A DNA stretch of 64,000 bases. It comes from Diadema antillarum. Lineage: Eukaryota. Position 1 is the stretch's first letter; every line of letters begins with the position of its first letter. The DNA is taken from positions 620,001 to 684,000 of the forward strand of contig NW_027271782.1 in assembly GCF_040938485.1 (NCBI RefSeq), given 5' to 3'. The notes beneath the pieces are model-generated. The model was not told the origin of the DNA, made no database searches, and saw nothing but the letters and a program-made list of their open reading frames with translations. Below, in pieces: positions 1-12,508 of the stretch. A program made the translations under genes and the position numbers.

Positions 1-2025
1 CAAAAACTTGTCCAAAAGGTGAGTGTATTACATAAATACATAATCGTCCCATAGTACAATAAACTGATAAAGAGTTATGCATTTACAGAACTGAGGGAAA
101 GAGAAAATATCTTTGACAAATGTCTCTAAAATAGGCCTATCTATATCATTGCATACAACATTGTATACTTTCAGGAACAGAATGACACTCAGATTTTAAT
201 TCCATGCTGGTAAACGACGCCCAACCATCAGTTCTTGAAGAAATAAATAGTCCGATTTGTATCGTTCCTATTAACAGATTTCTATCACGTTCAGAGGTCA
301 CGTTTTCATTTGGTAGTATTTTGTTGGTTTTTACTTTAATTTGGGGTGCACAATCAAACCTGCACCATATCTTCCCCATGTAGGTTTTCATTTACGTAGG
401 CATATGTAGGGGTAGATTACGTAGGGGGTATGGGGACATCTGGATTCGCGTCTTAACCTCGTGCCTTGGCGATCTGCGTCTTACAGGCAAATTGATGACC
501 GGTCTGATTAGCGCCAGAGTCTGAAGTGTGTGCGGAACGGATTTATCCTCTTGGTTGCTAGGCATACGAGAACATCCGCCGACATACTACCCTTTGTGAT
601 CCTACTCCAGTTAGATTGGGGACGTCGTCACATAATTATAAGGTCTACATAAAATGCTGACTTGAATTCGTTGGACGGACCTCTATATTTACCCCCCCCC
701 CTTTTTTTTTTTTACTCCTCAACCGGAAGATGTCTTACACTTGAGTCTGTAATTAATCAACATCTTGCACTACGCAAGCGCTAGAAGTTCAATCGCTCAA
801 AATTGGAAACGACGTGAACATTGTGACGCATTCTTTGTGCCTTCCTAGCTAGGAAATTCCCAATGCGTTAAATATAGAGGACCGACGACCACACTATGTA
901 AAAGGTGGTCAGCACAAACTGAGGTATGGGCTTTAAACATTTATATAGCAGTCCTGTTTCATAGATTGTATATAGAAATTTCATTATGTTAATGGAACAT
1001 TTGATTTTGTCCTTCTTTTACCGAAGGCCCGTCAATCCTCTGAATTCTATACTTAAAATCAAGTGATGAAATTAGAATGCAAGAATTTAGATAGTATAGG
1101 AATACACTAATTATTAAAATGAATTAATCCTCCTTGCATTGGATAAAAAATGATAATTATCAATAATTACATCATTTCTGTTCTGTGATCTCATACACTG
1201 CAAAAAGTCCGGTGTTAAATAGTGAAAGATCAGATATCGCGTAACGATAAACCAGATTTAGATATAGAATGATTGTGATTCTAATTTTTTTTTAAATGCA
1301 CACAAATCGAGGTTATGTACATAGTAACGTGAAAGCTCATATCCTTTCAGGTTTCACAAGTTCAAGAAAGACAGTGAAGACATATCTAAAGAACAATCAA
1401 CAGGTACCAGAACAGTATCGTTAATTTTCGATGGCATTTACTTTTTAACACGACATAGTGCAAGGGAACCTACGAAAGCACGGAGCTGGTGTTAAGATTT
1501 CTTTACGTTGCTCATTTCGAAGGTTGGTTAATCATTAACACCTCCGGCTTGTCATTTCGAAGATCGTAAACGCACTGTTTTTCGAAGAGTTTCTTACTAA
1601 CTGCACTTACTTGCTGATTTTCAATTTAAACAAACGATAACGACCTCATTTTTTTCACATTAAAATAACGAACCACCAGAACATCGCCGCAATAAATGTT
1701 CAGATTAACGGAACTTATTTCATATTGGACTTAGCTTTGGCCACAGCTAAGCTCTTAAAATGCGCATAATTGACCATTATTACCTACACTGTAACTGGCG
1801 AGTAGTCAGCGCCATAAAACTGACAAGGCCCCTCGCTGGCAGCAGGACGAGGAACCAAAATTCAGCATGAGGTGACAGACTACCAACAAGGTGACTGGTT
1901 ATTAGTAGCAGCCGGATGAATGGTATCATCAGCGACTGGAACTGTTGCTCTAGTTAGTTGAGCACTGCGAATGTGGAAAGTAATGGCGACCTACCACATT
2001 TCAATTGTATCGCTTACACACCCAA

Positions 2026-3630
2026 ATGGCAGCACAAAGACATGGAAATCACGTTTTTAGGACAGAGGGTGGCTCCACCAGGCCTGAAGTCCTGGAAGTT
2101 GCTACTGGCGAAGAGCCTATTGTTGATGCAAGTTCCACTACTCAAGATGACGTCCATGCACCAAATCCTGCAGGAAGTACACGACCTGAAGGCGATAGTG
2201 TGGAAAACTCAAGAATACGGCTGAGAAACCACATGAGAGTAGCAACATGGAATGTCAGAAACTTGAGGTCAGGAAAGCTCAAAATGGTCATAAATGAAAG
2301 TAAGCGTTATAATATCAGCATAATGGGTATCGCAGAACACAGATGGGCAGGTCAAGGACATTTTCAACCTGAGGAAGGAGGTATGTTTATCTACTCCGGT
2401 AGAGAACAACCTGGAATAGGGGTTGTTGGTATATACCTGACAGATGATGTTGCAAACTCTTTATTAGGATATAACCCTATTAGCGATAGGGTATTAACAC
2501 TGAAACTACAAGGTCAACCAGCAAACATCACGGTCATCCAGGCCTATGCGCCGACGAGTGCAGCCCTTGATGAAGATGTTGAACAGTTTTACGAGAGCAT
2601 ACAACAAGTACTTGACTCAATCCCAACTAACGACATCGTCATCCTGATGGGGGATTTTAATGCAAAAGTAGGTGAGGGTTTTGAACCGGGTGAGGAAACT
2701 ACAGTTGGTGGCTTTGGGCTAGGTGAAAGAAACGACAGGGGAGAACAACTTGTGTCATTTGCTGTAGCAAATAATCTGAGCATATGCAACACTCTCTTCA
2801 AACACCACAAGAGGAGACGGTATACTTGGACAGCCCCAAATGGGACAACAATGAATCAGATCGACTACATTCTTGTCCGCAGAACCATGAGATCAAGAGT
2901 TAGAAACACCCGTACATTTCCAGGTGCAGACTGTGGGTCGGATCATCAGCTACTGTGCTTAGATATGAAATGCAAAGTCAAAGCCAAAAAGAAGTGTCAA
3001 CCAGTCATGAGATTTGATGTGTCAAGCATACCAGATATCTTTTCAGTGGAGGTACATAACCAATATGAGGCCCTAGCAGCGATAGCAGAAGAGATGTCAC
3101 CAAATGATCTTTGGGAGGAAACAAAGGAAGCAACACTCACAACAGCCAAAAAACACCTATCACGGAGAAGGAGGAAAAAATCAGAATGGATCTCAGAAGA
3201 AACACTCAATCTCATTGAAAAGAGGAGAAGTATGAAAGAGGAAGGTGTTAGCATTGCCAGCTTGGAGTACCGTAATGCAACAAAGGATATCAAGAGGGCA
3301 TGCCGAAAAGACAAGAGACAATATCTTTTAAACAAGTGTTGTAGTATAGAAGCACATAGTAAAGCAGGCAACAGTAAAGCAATGTATGGTGAAATTAAGA
3401 ATTTGACCAAAAAGTTTAAACCCAGTCTGAATGTTATTAAGAATAAAGAAGGCAATATTTTAACAGAAACAAATGACGTCCTGGATCGCTGCAAAGAATA
3501 CTGTAGGGAACTGTACGAGGATGAGGAAGTGGAGGAAGAAGCAGAAGAAAGTCCGCTAAACTGGAAGATAAAGACATCAGAAGACAGTCGCCTGACCCCT
3601 TTGCGATCTGAAGTAGATCTGAAGCTCTGA
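2026..3630 (+). pseudogene. RTE ORF, N-terminal part: apurinic/apyrimidinic endonuclease domain plus linker, ending at a frameshift
   Basis: First ATG at 2026. APE motifs are intact: VATWNVRNL, GIAEHRW, IQAYAPT, LMGDFNAKVG, NQIDYIL, GSDHQLL. The frame ends at TGA 3628-3630; homology continues in the -1 frame (EALKGGKSPGCDGIQAELL from 3621). Confidence 0.9.
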
Positions 3631-5093
3631 AAGGAGGAAAGTCACCAGGTTGTGATGGGATTCAAGCAGAACTACTCCTTGCTGGTGGTGAAGCAGCCAT
3701 TACATTGATGCACAAGCTCTGTGTGAAGATATGGCAGACAGGGGAATGGCCTGTTGACTGGTGCCGTGCTCTGTTTGTGCCCATCCCAAAGAAAGGTGAT
3801 CTACAAATTTGTGAAAATTACAGAACAATCTCCCTTATATGTCATGCAAGCAAGATCATGCTAAAAATACTTCTTAGTAGGATCACTCAACAACTAGAGA
3901 TGGAATTGAATGATGCCCAAGCAGGTTTCAGGAAACACCGGGGCACTCGAGACCACATCTTCAACCTACAACTGCTCATTCAAAAATGTCATGAAATGGA
4001 CCAGAAAGTATTCATTTGTTTTGTAGATTATTCCAAAGCTTTTGATAGTATCAAATATAAATGTCTTTGGAAAGTGATGCTGGAAATGGGCTTCCCCTAT
4101 CATGTAATTAAGTTGATTAAATCTTTGTATGCAGAGCAACAGTCAGCTGTTAGATTGGAATGTGGCACCACGGACTGGTTTGGCATCAAGAAAGGAGTAC
4201 GACAGGGATGTACACTCTCTCCAGCACTTTTCAACATCTACACAGAGAACATAATGAGGGAAGTACTGGACAGAAAACAAGCAGAAAATTTTGATCTCCT
4301 ACATGTTGGAGGGAAAGAGCTAGGAGATTTGCGATATGCAGATGATGCAGCTATAATCTCTAAATCAAAAACTGGCCTGAGAAGTTTTGTCACAACCCTA
4401 AATGAGAGAAGCAACTCATATGGTCTGAAAATGAACGCATCAAAGACAAAAGTTATGTCAGTGGCTAAAGAGACGAGGAGAAATGATGAAAGAGTTAGCA
4501 TTGATGGTTCAATACTGGAAGAGGTTGACAACTTCAAGTACCTTGGGGTGAGAATGCAGCAAAATGGTGATAACAGCAGGGAAATCAAAAGCCGACTAGC
4601 TATGGGTTTGAAGGCATTGAATGCCATGAAGAAGCTGTGGCAAGGACAAGACAAGGAGTCAAAACTCAGAGTTCTCAGAGCCTGCATTTTCCCAATTGCA
4701 ACCTACGCATCCGAAGCTTGCTGGGTTGTACAGAAGGCAGATGAGAAAAGAATCTGTGCACTTGAAAATAAATGTTATCGCAGAATTTTGAGAGTCCCGT
4801 GGGTGGAACGACGAACAAATGAAGACATCAGAAAGGTACTCAATGTACCGAGTGACTGGCTACTGAAGTATGTAAAGAAACAGAAGCTTGGATATTTGGG
4901 GCATATTATGAGACACAGTGGGATGGAAAAGAGAGTCCTTATGGCCCAATTCCCTGGAAAGCGTAGTAGAGGGAGACCAAGATATAGATGGGACAGAACG
5001 GTGAGGGAGACATTTGGTTCTATGGAGAAAGCAACTAGAATGGCTCAAAACAGACGTTTGTATCATGCTGCCGTGAGGGAAGCTACGCTCTGA
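3621..5093 (+). pseudogene. RTE ORF, C-terminal part: reverse transcriptase domain
   Basis: Motifs PIPKKGDL, NYRTISL, QAGFR, FVDYSKAFDS, GVRQGCTLSPALF, RYADD, FKYLG, and the C-terminal GKRSRGRPRYRW typical of RTE. Stop TGA at 5091-5093. Confidence 0.92.
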
Positions 5094-5469
5094 CAAGAGT
5101 ATGCTGCGACGACGACGACGACGACGATTTCATATTCAGATTAATGAACATGTTGGTATATAATGGAGCTTGTGTGTTTCGGAATAACGAACCTATTTCA
5201 TTTTCGGATTATCGAACCTTTGGAAGAACGAACATCACCCATGATTTCTGCAGCTCAATCACCCCCGGACTAAAGGGGTTAAAGAAACCCCTAAATCTCA
5301 AGTATGAAGGGCGCCCTTACTCGTTAGTCGTCGAGGCAGACCATCGTCGCTACTTTCGCCGTGTTGCAGCGTAGCTCCGGGCGTCGGCACTCCGATACCT
5401 GATATGACGTGACGCGTCAACTCAAATTTTACCCATGATTATTGTTGACATTGAATACGAGATGCCCTT

Positions 5470-5900
5470 CTCTCACAGCTCTTCCGGTTCTGTTTTCCTT
5501 CGCATTTTTCTCTCTATCTTTCTTCCGACCCCGATTCCCATTTTTTTCCTTCTCATTCCTTAAAACCAAATTCATTTCACCCCCACCACCCCACCCACTC
5601 TTTCTGTACTCGACCTCCCTTGCGTCAGTAGTTCTCCTCTGTCTTACCCTCGTATTTACTTCTCATTTCTGTTACCTCTACGAGATTTCTTTAATTTTTC
5701 CTTCCTTTTTTTCCGTTTTACACTGTCTGAGGCAAATGTATTCTAGTCATATGTCCTCATTCATTTTCTCCGCTTTACTTCAATTTTGTTTCTCTTTTTC
5801 CTTCACTTTTTACTCATCCGCCACTTCCTTCTAGCCTCTGCACACCTCTGAATCAGATGCATTCATCTTCTTTTAGTTTGTTCTCGTCCTGCCATTTTTT
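5470..5900. repeat. Pyrimidine-rich (CT/TTTC) low-complexity tract
   Basis: Strong C/T bias. The F/S/L-rich ORF 5442-5834 is a composition artefact. Confidence 0.7.
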
Positions 5901-7887
5901 TAAATTCTCTTTTTCATGTCATTTCACGGTATATCAAGCAGTATTGTCTTGTGTTTCTCTAAGACACATTCGCAGGTCTGGAGAGTGCGAATATTTTAGT
6001 TTCATCGGAGCACGCATATTTCTGCAAAACACATACGTGGTACATGTCTTGCGAGATAAGATTTCACTAGTATTGATCACGTTACTTTTATGACATATGA
6101 ATCGCGAGATTATTTACTCTCGGACGAATATGATAACGTCCTTTGCAATGAAATCAATAGGGGTGCCATGCACTTCTGATGAAAAAGAACAACTTTTCTT
6201 GTATGTAAATAGCGCCCCCATCGCACAACTTTGCCCATCAGGCCACAGACTGTCTAGAGCGCTGCTTACGGGTTTAGCATTATCAAAACATGAGGGCACG
6301 ACATATTCATTCAAACAAAATACGTATGTCTGCATGAACAAGAGTGAACATGTGCCGCTAATGCATCAAGTATTCAAACATGACCGTCCTCTTTCATGAT
6401 AACGTCACTCCAACAACACTTACCAAAAGAATTAGTTTGGATGTTTGTTCGGAGGGATCATGACAATGACAGCAGAATGTCACATCAGAGTATCACATTT
6501 AGATACAAGTCATGTAAAAATAATGATGAGAAATACATTACTTGGGCAGGATTCTATAGTAGCTGAAAGCACCTGCAAACTTGCAGAAGCAGGTGGCGAC
6601 GAAATTCGTGCATCCATCTATTTTCCATCGGCCAATTCTCTACTTGTTTTTGATGTTGTGTCCGCCATCAGACAAGGCATGCATCTACCGGCAAAGTTTT
6701 TCACGTTTGCTCCAGATCAATTCCGCTTCATACTAGATGTCAAAACAAAATTACAATACATTGCATCGACCTTTCATCCTCGATGCGTCAGACTTCTTTA
6801 AAATTTGTGATTTTCAAGGAGTGTTTGGGCTGACCACAGCGTATGGGAGACAATCAAACTTAGATATATTCTCCTTCAGGTCACTTCCTATAGGGTTGCA
6901 AAATTGCAATAGTTACAACAACAACAACAACAACAATAAAAACTTGACATGCGCATGCGCAGAATAGACCAATTCCGTTCAAAATTGCTGTTTTGTTTGT
7001 GTTTTCTTCTAATTCCGCAAAGTTTTGTTTTATCATTGTTATTTTCAATAAATCATGCCCCGGCCAGGCCCTTTCACTGTGTAGATTTTTGGTGTTATGT
7101 CGAACACAAAACCCCGGGAGCATCTCTGCACGTTTCCGAAGGACTGAAATGAAAATCCAGACATTTACAGATAAAGTGTTATCAAAATCTGTTGGAATTT
7201 GGAGCCATTTTGTTTTTTAGCCTCAAACTGGGCCGATGAAAAGACTACAATCTTCGGACCAGATCCGCGAAAAGCTTCAGGATAACACAGCCAGTCGAAA
7301 AATTGAGTCGTAAAGTATCACGTAAACTACACTCTGTCATGAAAAGCAACAACAAGAAAATAAACTCATAATTTGGTCGGACATCAATCAGAGCTGAAGA
7401 GCTGCCACGATGATATAAACAGCGTGACGGCGGGCTTTATGTGATAAAGTCGCGAAAATTCTCAAAAGAACTCCCGATTCAAGTTATGTCACGATGCCTC
7501 GGCAGATAATGTCAACATTCGTTGCGAAATCATCCAAGCCTCATGTGCAACCACTTACTTTTGGAGGAAGAATATGAACCGAGACAGATTATTTGATTTA
7601 AACTGTAGACAAGTGCAATTTTACAACACGGCAAGGGCTTAGAAGTTCTAGTATGACTAAAGCCATCCAATGAAGTGTTTGCCCCATGACCCCCCCCCCC
7701 CTCATCTCTTGGAGGTAAAGTAACAGGAGTAGATGCAAATATATAATGTGAACTGCCCTCTATACACAAGTATTATACTAGGTGGAAAAATAACGCCTGG
7801 GATGATTTTATTGCATAATAAAGTATGTCAAAGTGTGGAGGCTACAATACTCTCAGTAATATATTACGCTAATTCTCTTTGAGTGAC

Positions 7888-7980
7888 GGTGAGCGTGATC
7901 GAGTGGTTTGAACGCTTAACTGGTACTGCGCTCTGGTCACGGGTTCGAAGCTCTGGTTGTGACGTTTATCTCTGCATTCC
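7888..7980 (+). mobile_element. Degenerate tRNA-derived SINE head (or tRNA pseudogene)
   Basis: A-box-like TGATCGAGTGG (7896-7906) and B-box-like GGTTCGAAGC (7942-7951) at tRNA-like spacing. No intact cloverleaf. Confidence 0.35.
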
Positions 7981-8609
7981 CCTCCCCGATAATGTTAATA
8001 CATCCGAAGTTGCAAAAGACAACTAAAAGAATATTCCACCGAACCAGGCATAGAATACTCTGAAGGATGTGGATATTTTATACATATGATATACCGATAA
8101 TACATATACGTATTTAGGGAATGGCGATCAAAAGTGAAATCATAAGATTTATGGAACATAATTTTGCATAAAAGATTGTGTATAATAACTATAACAACAC
8201 CTCTAACCTGCCCCTTACTCCAGTCATCCAAGAGGTCATTTATTCATTTTTTTTATTCATTCTGTGTTCTTTATACAGGGTAGTCTCTTCAGTACATAAA
8301 GCTGCTTTACAAGAGAGCTCTATATTACATAAAAAAAGTTACACGAACATGTGGATGGTATCCCTCTTCAACTTATCTTACTAGCAAATCAGGCTAGATA
8401 TACATAAACTTCATTTATGATTGACAAGCAAATAGCATTGGAAAGGCCGAGTTAAGAGACATACTAATTTATTTATAGTATAATGTTTTCCCGTGTATCC
8501 TTTGACCCGACTTTAGCAATCTGACCACGAGTCTATCAACCATTGGAGTAGTGATGACAATGAAGAGTATGTGACATGTTTTTTTTTTTTTTTTTTCGTT
8601 GTTGCGTCA

Positions 8610-9009
8610 TTAAAGGGATGATTATAGTTTTGGTTGAGATGGAGATTCAGGTTTTAACTTTTTGCGAGATAATAAGAAACGACTTATATGAAATATCTAT
8701 CAAAGAGCATGCAATTATAAGAGGTATTCACAATTTATTTGAAGGAAATTGGTTTTAAAATGGCTGAGATACCCAAAACAAAGTAAGACAAGGGGGTCCT
8801 GGTAAAAGGTGAGTCCCACCTTGTATTAGGAACTCTTTGATTTTAGGTATCTCATCCATTTCAAAACCGATTTTCGTCAAAATAATAATTTTTGAATTCC
8901 TCTTAGAATTGTTTGCTCTTTAATAGTTAATATATTTGGTTCCTAATTATCTTCCAAAAAGTTAAAATCTAAATCCCATCTCAACCAACACTATGTACCA
9001 TCTCTTTAG
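8610..9009. mobile_element. Kolobok-type MITE, family K1
   Basis: TTAA-AGGGATG...GGTTGAGATGG at left; CCATCTCAACC...ACCATCTCT-TTAG at right. Internally palindromic. Related copies at 25006-25250 and 55840-56266. Confidence 0.7.
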
Positions 9010-9071
9010 CTCGTCCTATGCATCTCCCCTTTTCCGGGGAACCATGAAGAAAAAAAAATGCATTGCGATGC

Positions 9072-9225
9072 CAGTGGTGGATCCAAGGGGAGAGCACCGG
9101 GAGCGCCCTCCCCCTTTATTTTTTGTTAAAACAAAATAAATAAAAAGAAAAAAGGGAGGGGTGGGTGCGCCCCCCTTAATTTTGTAATGGCGCCCCTCCT
9201 TACGGAATTCCTGGCTCCACCCCTG
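9072..9225. mobile_element. Short hAT-like MITE
   Basis: Imperfect TIRs CAGTGGTGGATCCAAGG / CCTGGCTCCACCCCTG. No clean 8-bp TSD. Confidence 0.5.
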
Positions 9226-11436
9226 GATGATGTAAGGATAGTTGTCATGTTCACTACACTTTAGTCAAAAGATGTCTCCTTTCACACAGAATACAGGTCA
9301 CAAACTAAGAAAAGTCATTTATCCTGAACCCTTATCATTGTTTGTTTGTTCTTTCCTCCTTCTTTCAATGAAGCAGGTGTAATGCAACTTCAGCGATCAA
9401 ATTAAGTCCTTTTAATTTTGTTCTTTTTGGTGCACTCTCCTACTCTCCTTCCTCTCCTTCCCATCCCTCGCCCCTCCCTATCTCCATCTCCCTCTTTCAA
9501 TTCTTCTTCAGTTTACTATAGGGCATTTGCCTTCTCCAAGAGAGAAAAAAAAATAATAATAAATGGCTTATTTCGGAAGAATAACAGCATGGATACCGAA
9601 TCATTAAAGGTTTATTCATTTTAATTTTTTTGAATGAAACCCTCTAGCGGGCAGGTGCAAAGATGGTCTTCTTCTTTGAATGAAATGATTGAGGTCGGCC
9701 GGTATAGCCAGCGGAGTCCTAAGATAATACAGGAAGTTTATTGGCATATCTGGCAAGTCTGGTAGATTGTCCATGGGGTCAAGTCAATACTATACTATAC
9801 CCATCAAAAAAAGAATGTCCACAGAAAATATTGTCACACACTCGTACTCAGGACTTGCGGCCTACTAAGCTGATCGGATAATGGCAGGTTCACATTGTAC
9901 ATGTCTGCGAGAAAGTGATAATGAAAATTTGAGGTCTCTATCCAAACAGGCAGGTTTAATTTCCGTTGGTTTGGCCTACATGTCTCTGCGGGAATGGCTA
10001 GATTATAGCACAGTGGCCATTATCAAAATTATCGATTTCAGCTATAGAATACTGTTAGAAAAAAAAAACTTTCGAAATAGAAAGATTGAATTGCCTTATT
10101 TGGACATGATTTCGTACTTATATATTTATGCTGTCTTAGAATATTAAATGAATAGTTCAAAACTATTTGAAACTACAATATTTTTCTTAGTTCACCACTC
10201 CGGGTATTTGTTTTTGTTTGTTTGTTTCGTTTTGCAATCAAAAATGTGTTGGGAATGTCTGATGCATAGTGCTTGTGGTAGGTCGAGGGTTAATGCCCGC
10301 CCCCTCCCCCCACACACACAAATGCACACAAAACAACTGCTAATAGAAAAGCCTAATAATCGAATAGCTTACAATTACATCTTAAGGGTATAAAATCAAG
10401 AAACGGGGCCTATCCTAGCTACACGGAGGAGTGTAATGGGAGATTCAAAGGTTTTTTTAAAGGTTCGCAGGATGGAACTCGTATAGAACGTGTGATATAA
10501 GGAACAAAATAGGGCACTTCAAACATCAAGTAGAAACTAGGGCCAACATATTGTGTATGCCAGCTGCAGCTAACTTCATGCAGTCTATTCAGCACGGATG
10601 TGAACTTACAACTGCTTCTGCAATGTTCTGTGTGAGTCGCTGTTGCAATCGTAAAACACGAATTGCAATTATAACTCATCACGCTCACCATAAGTCTTGA
10701 TTCCATCACAAACATGAATAATATCACCACCAGTAATGTTTAATGGTTTACCATTGAGCCTAATATACTGAAAGCCTTTAATATGGAAATCGAAGGAGAT
10801 CGGCATGAAAAGAAATACTTAGTAGCTATTCTTCATTCTTCATCGACAAATAGTGAGGTTGGTTCGTAGTCTGTTATACTGGAGCTCGGGGTTCTCAGTA
10901 TGATCATGAACTTCTATAATACTGTTTGACGACGGTAAAAATGTAGGAAAATGTAGGATAACACATACATGACATACTACATTAATTCAAATCCACTTCA
11001 TTCTCGACCTTTCTTGATTTTTTCAGGGTAATCTTTCTGGATGCATTTATGAACAATGCTGAAACACCGAAAATCCCTACAGTTAATGTTACTTAAAGAT
11101 TGTTTTTTTTTTTTTTGATAAAAGCAATAGAAAATGTCAAATGATTGGAAGGAATCTGTGCTGATAACTCGTTCATCTCCTACCACAATATGGCACGACA
11201 TACTTCTTACTGCAATCCAACATCAGCTCCTTAGATTAAGTTTGGCAATCATGATAGAGCTGGCGTTTAACATCTAATGAAAATATAATCGGTGCAAAAG
11301 GCATAGACCCCTGTGGAGGGTACAAACCTTTCTAAACTTCAATAACTGTTGTTAGTGCATTGAAAGAAGAATCCTTCGTTCGCTTCTGTCAGGTCAACCA
11401 CTCTATTTGTCTACTACACACACGCACGCGCGCTTA

Positions 11437-11875
11437 TAGGTTACAGTTCATTTTTCCTAAGATTTGGTATTCATGAAAATGAAAAAACGTTTGGTATTCC
11501 GTAGGTTCGTCAATCCGAAATAAAAAAAAGATTCGCTTTTCCTAAAGCTGGAAGGTTCCGAAGGTTTCGAAAATTCCCAAGATTCGTTAGTGCGCACATT
11601 TTTGTTTTTCATTTTCTGAATAACGGACCTTATTGATATCATTTGGAAAAAATAACGAACATTCGGGATAACGAAACTTAACATTTCATATTCAGATTAA
11701 CGAGCCTTCGAAATAAACTTTTAACGAACCGTAAAATTTCATTTTCGCAGTTACTAACCTTCGGAATAACGAACCCTGGGAATAACGCCATGCACATAAT
11801 AATGTCTGGATTAACAAACATCTACACCTTGTAGGTATAGTGAATTTGTGTGTTTCGAAATAACGAACGTGATCA
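11437..11875. repeat. Dispersed TTCGGAATAACGAACC-family MITE copy
   Basis: Many inverted copies of TTCCGAAGGTTCG-like motifs. Contains ATTTCATATTCAGATTAACGA, the uninterrupted version of the RTE target site. Confidence 0.65.
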
Positions 11876-12508
11876 TTTACAAAACCTCTTTAACTCCCTC
11901 TCACTTTTTTTCTTCACTTCTCTCTCACATGGCCTCGAGTTCCTCAATCTCGACCGACTACTTGCCAAGGCCAGAATATTACGAGGAAGAAAACAGAGCC
12001 TTCTTCAGCGAGATTCAGAGATACATATACATTATTCATGTGAATATAATCAGGCTTTAATGATATGATTACAGCAAATTTACTGACAAGCGATGACTTA
12101 GGGAACTCATCTATTTCGAATCAAATTTGGAGGCCTTTCTCGTTGACAATTTAAAGAGAATGGGGCTTTAAAAGGTGTGCGGTGGGTACTGACCAATAGA
12201 TATTATTCCAATGCCACTTGACGACAAATGACGGATTTGCTCTTATTGTAAACATTTTGATGACATTTTTTACCTATCAAATTTGAATATGCATCAGATC
12301 TTCCTCGATTATTTCTTTGATCACACGAATCACGTAGGACACTACCACCACCCCACTACCCGTTTGCGTTCTTCTTTTTTTTGTGTGTGCTCCAAATGTT
12401 GATGGTCTTTGCGTTCTTTTCAAAACATCTTTAACAAAAATAATAATAATATTAAAGTAATCGTTTTGACTAAATGATGCTTAACCGTGAGAAAACAATG
12501 TTAGTGAT

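Larger units (their letters stand above)
1727..5126 (+). mobile_element. Full-length RTE-clade non-LTR retrotransposon (LINE)
   Basis: Perfect 10-bp TSD ATTTCATATT at 1717-1726 and 5127-5136. ~300-nt 5'UTR, APE-RT coding region, 13-nt 3'UTR and (CGA)7 tail at 5107-5127. Single ORF-like architecture with no ORF1 and no RNase H is typical of the RTE clade. Confidence 0.92.
1503..5240. mobile_element. Old MITE of the TTCGGAATAACGAACC family (probably MULE-like), split by the RTE insertion into 1503-1726 and 5127-5240
   Basis: Both halves carry the degenerate TTCCGAAGGTTCG/CGAACCTTCGGAA motifs seen in other copies (11437-11875, 35130-35400, 36090-36266). Near-identical 9-mer flanks: AAGATTTCT (1494-1502) and ATGATTTCT (5241-5249). 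The left terminus is degenerate. Confidence 0.5.

Noticed and set aside
554-567. X-box-like GTTGCTAGGCATAC
   Set aside because: Isolated, 42 kb from the tubulin genes and with no linked gene in the window. It also shows that such motifs can occur as background.
1196-1225. CACTGCAAAAAGTCCGGTGTT, resembling a CACTA/CMC terminus
   Set aside because: No convincing partner end or TSD found.
1351-1403. 53-nt candidate exon (TCCTTTCAG|...CAG|GTACCA; FHKFKKDSEDISKEQST)
   Set aside because: The donor is only moderate, there is no recognisable homology and no neighbouring exon to link to.
1827-1980. Canonical HDV-like ribozyme call
   Set aside because: P3/L3-like and J4/2-like strings are present, but no P1 or P2 pairing could be built. 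Kept only as a structured-UTR finding.
3597-3611. Programmed -1 frameshift at C CCT TTG
   Set aside because: A -1 slip there meets TGA at 3609-3611, and the allowed window 3612-3627 has no slippery heptamer. The break is best read as an indel.
6097-6801. ORFs of 100 and 118 aa
   Set aside because: No motifs recognised and no splice logic; lengths are within chance expectation.
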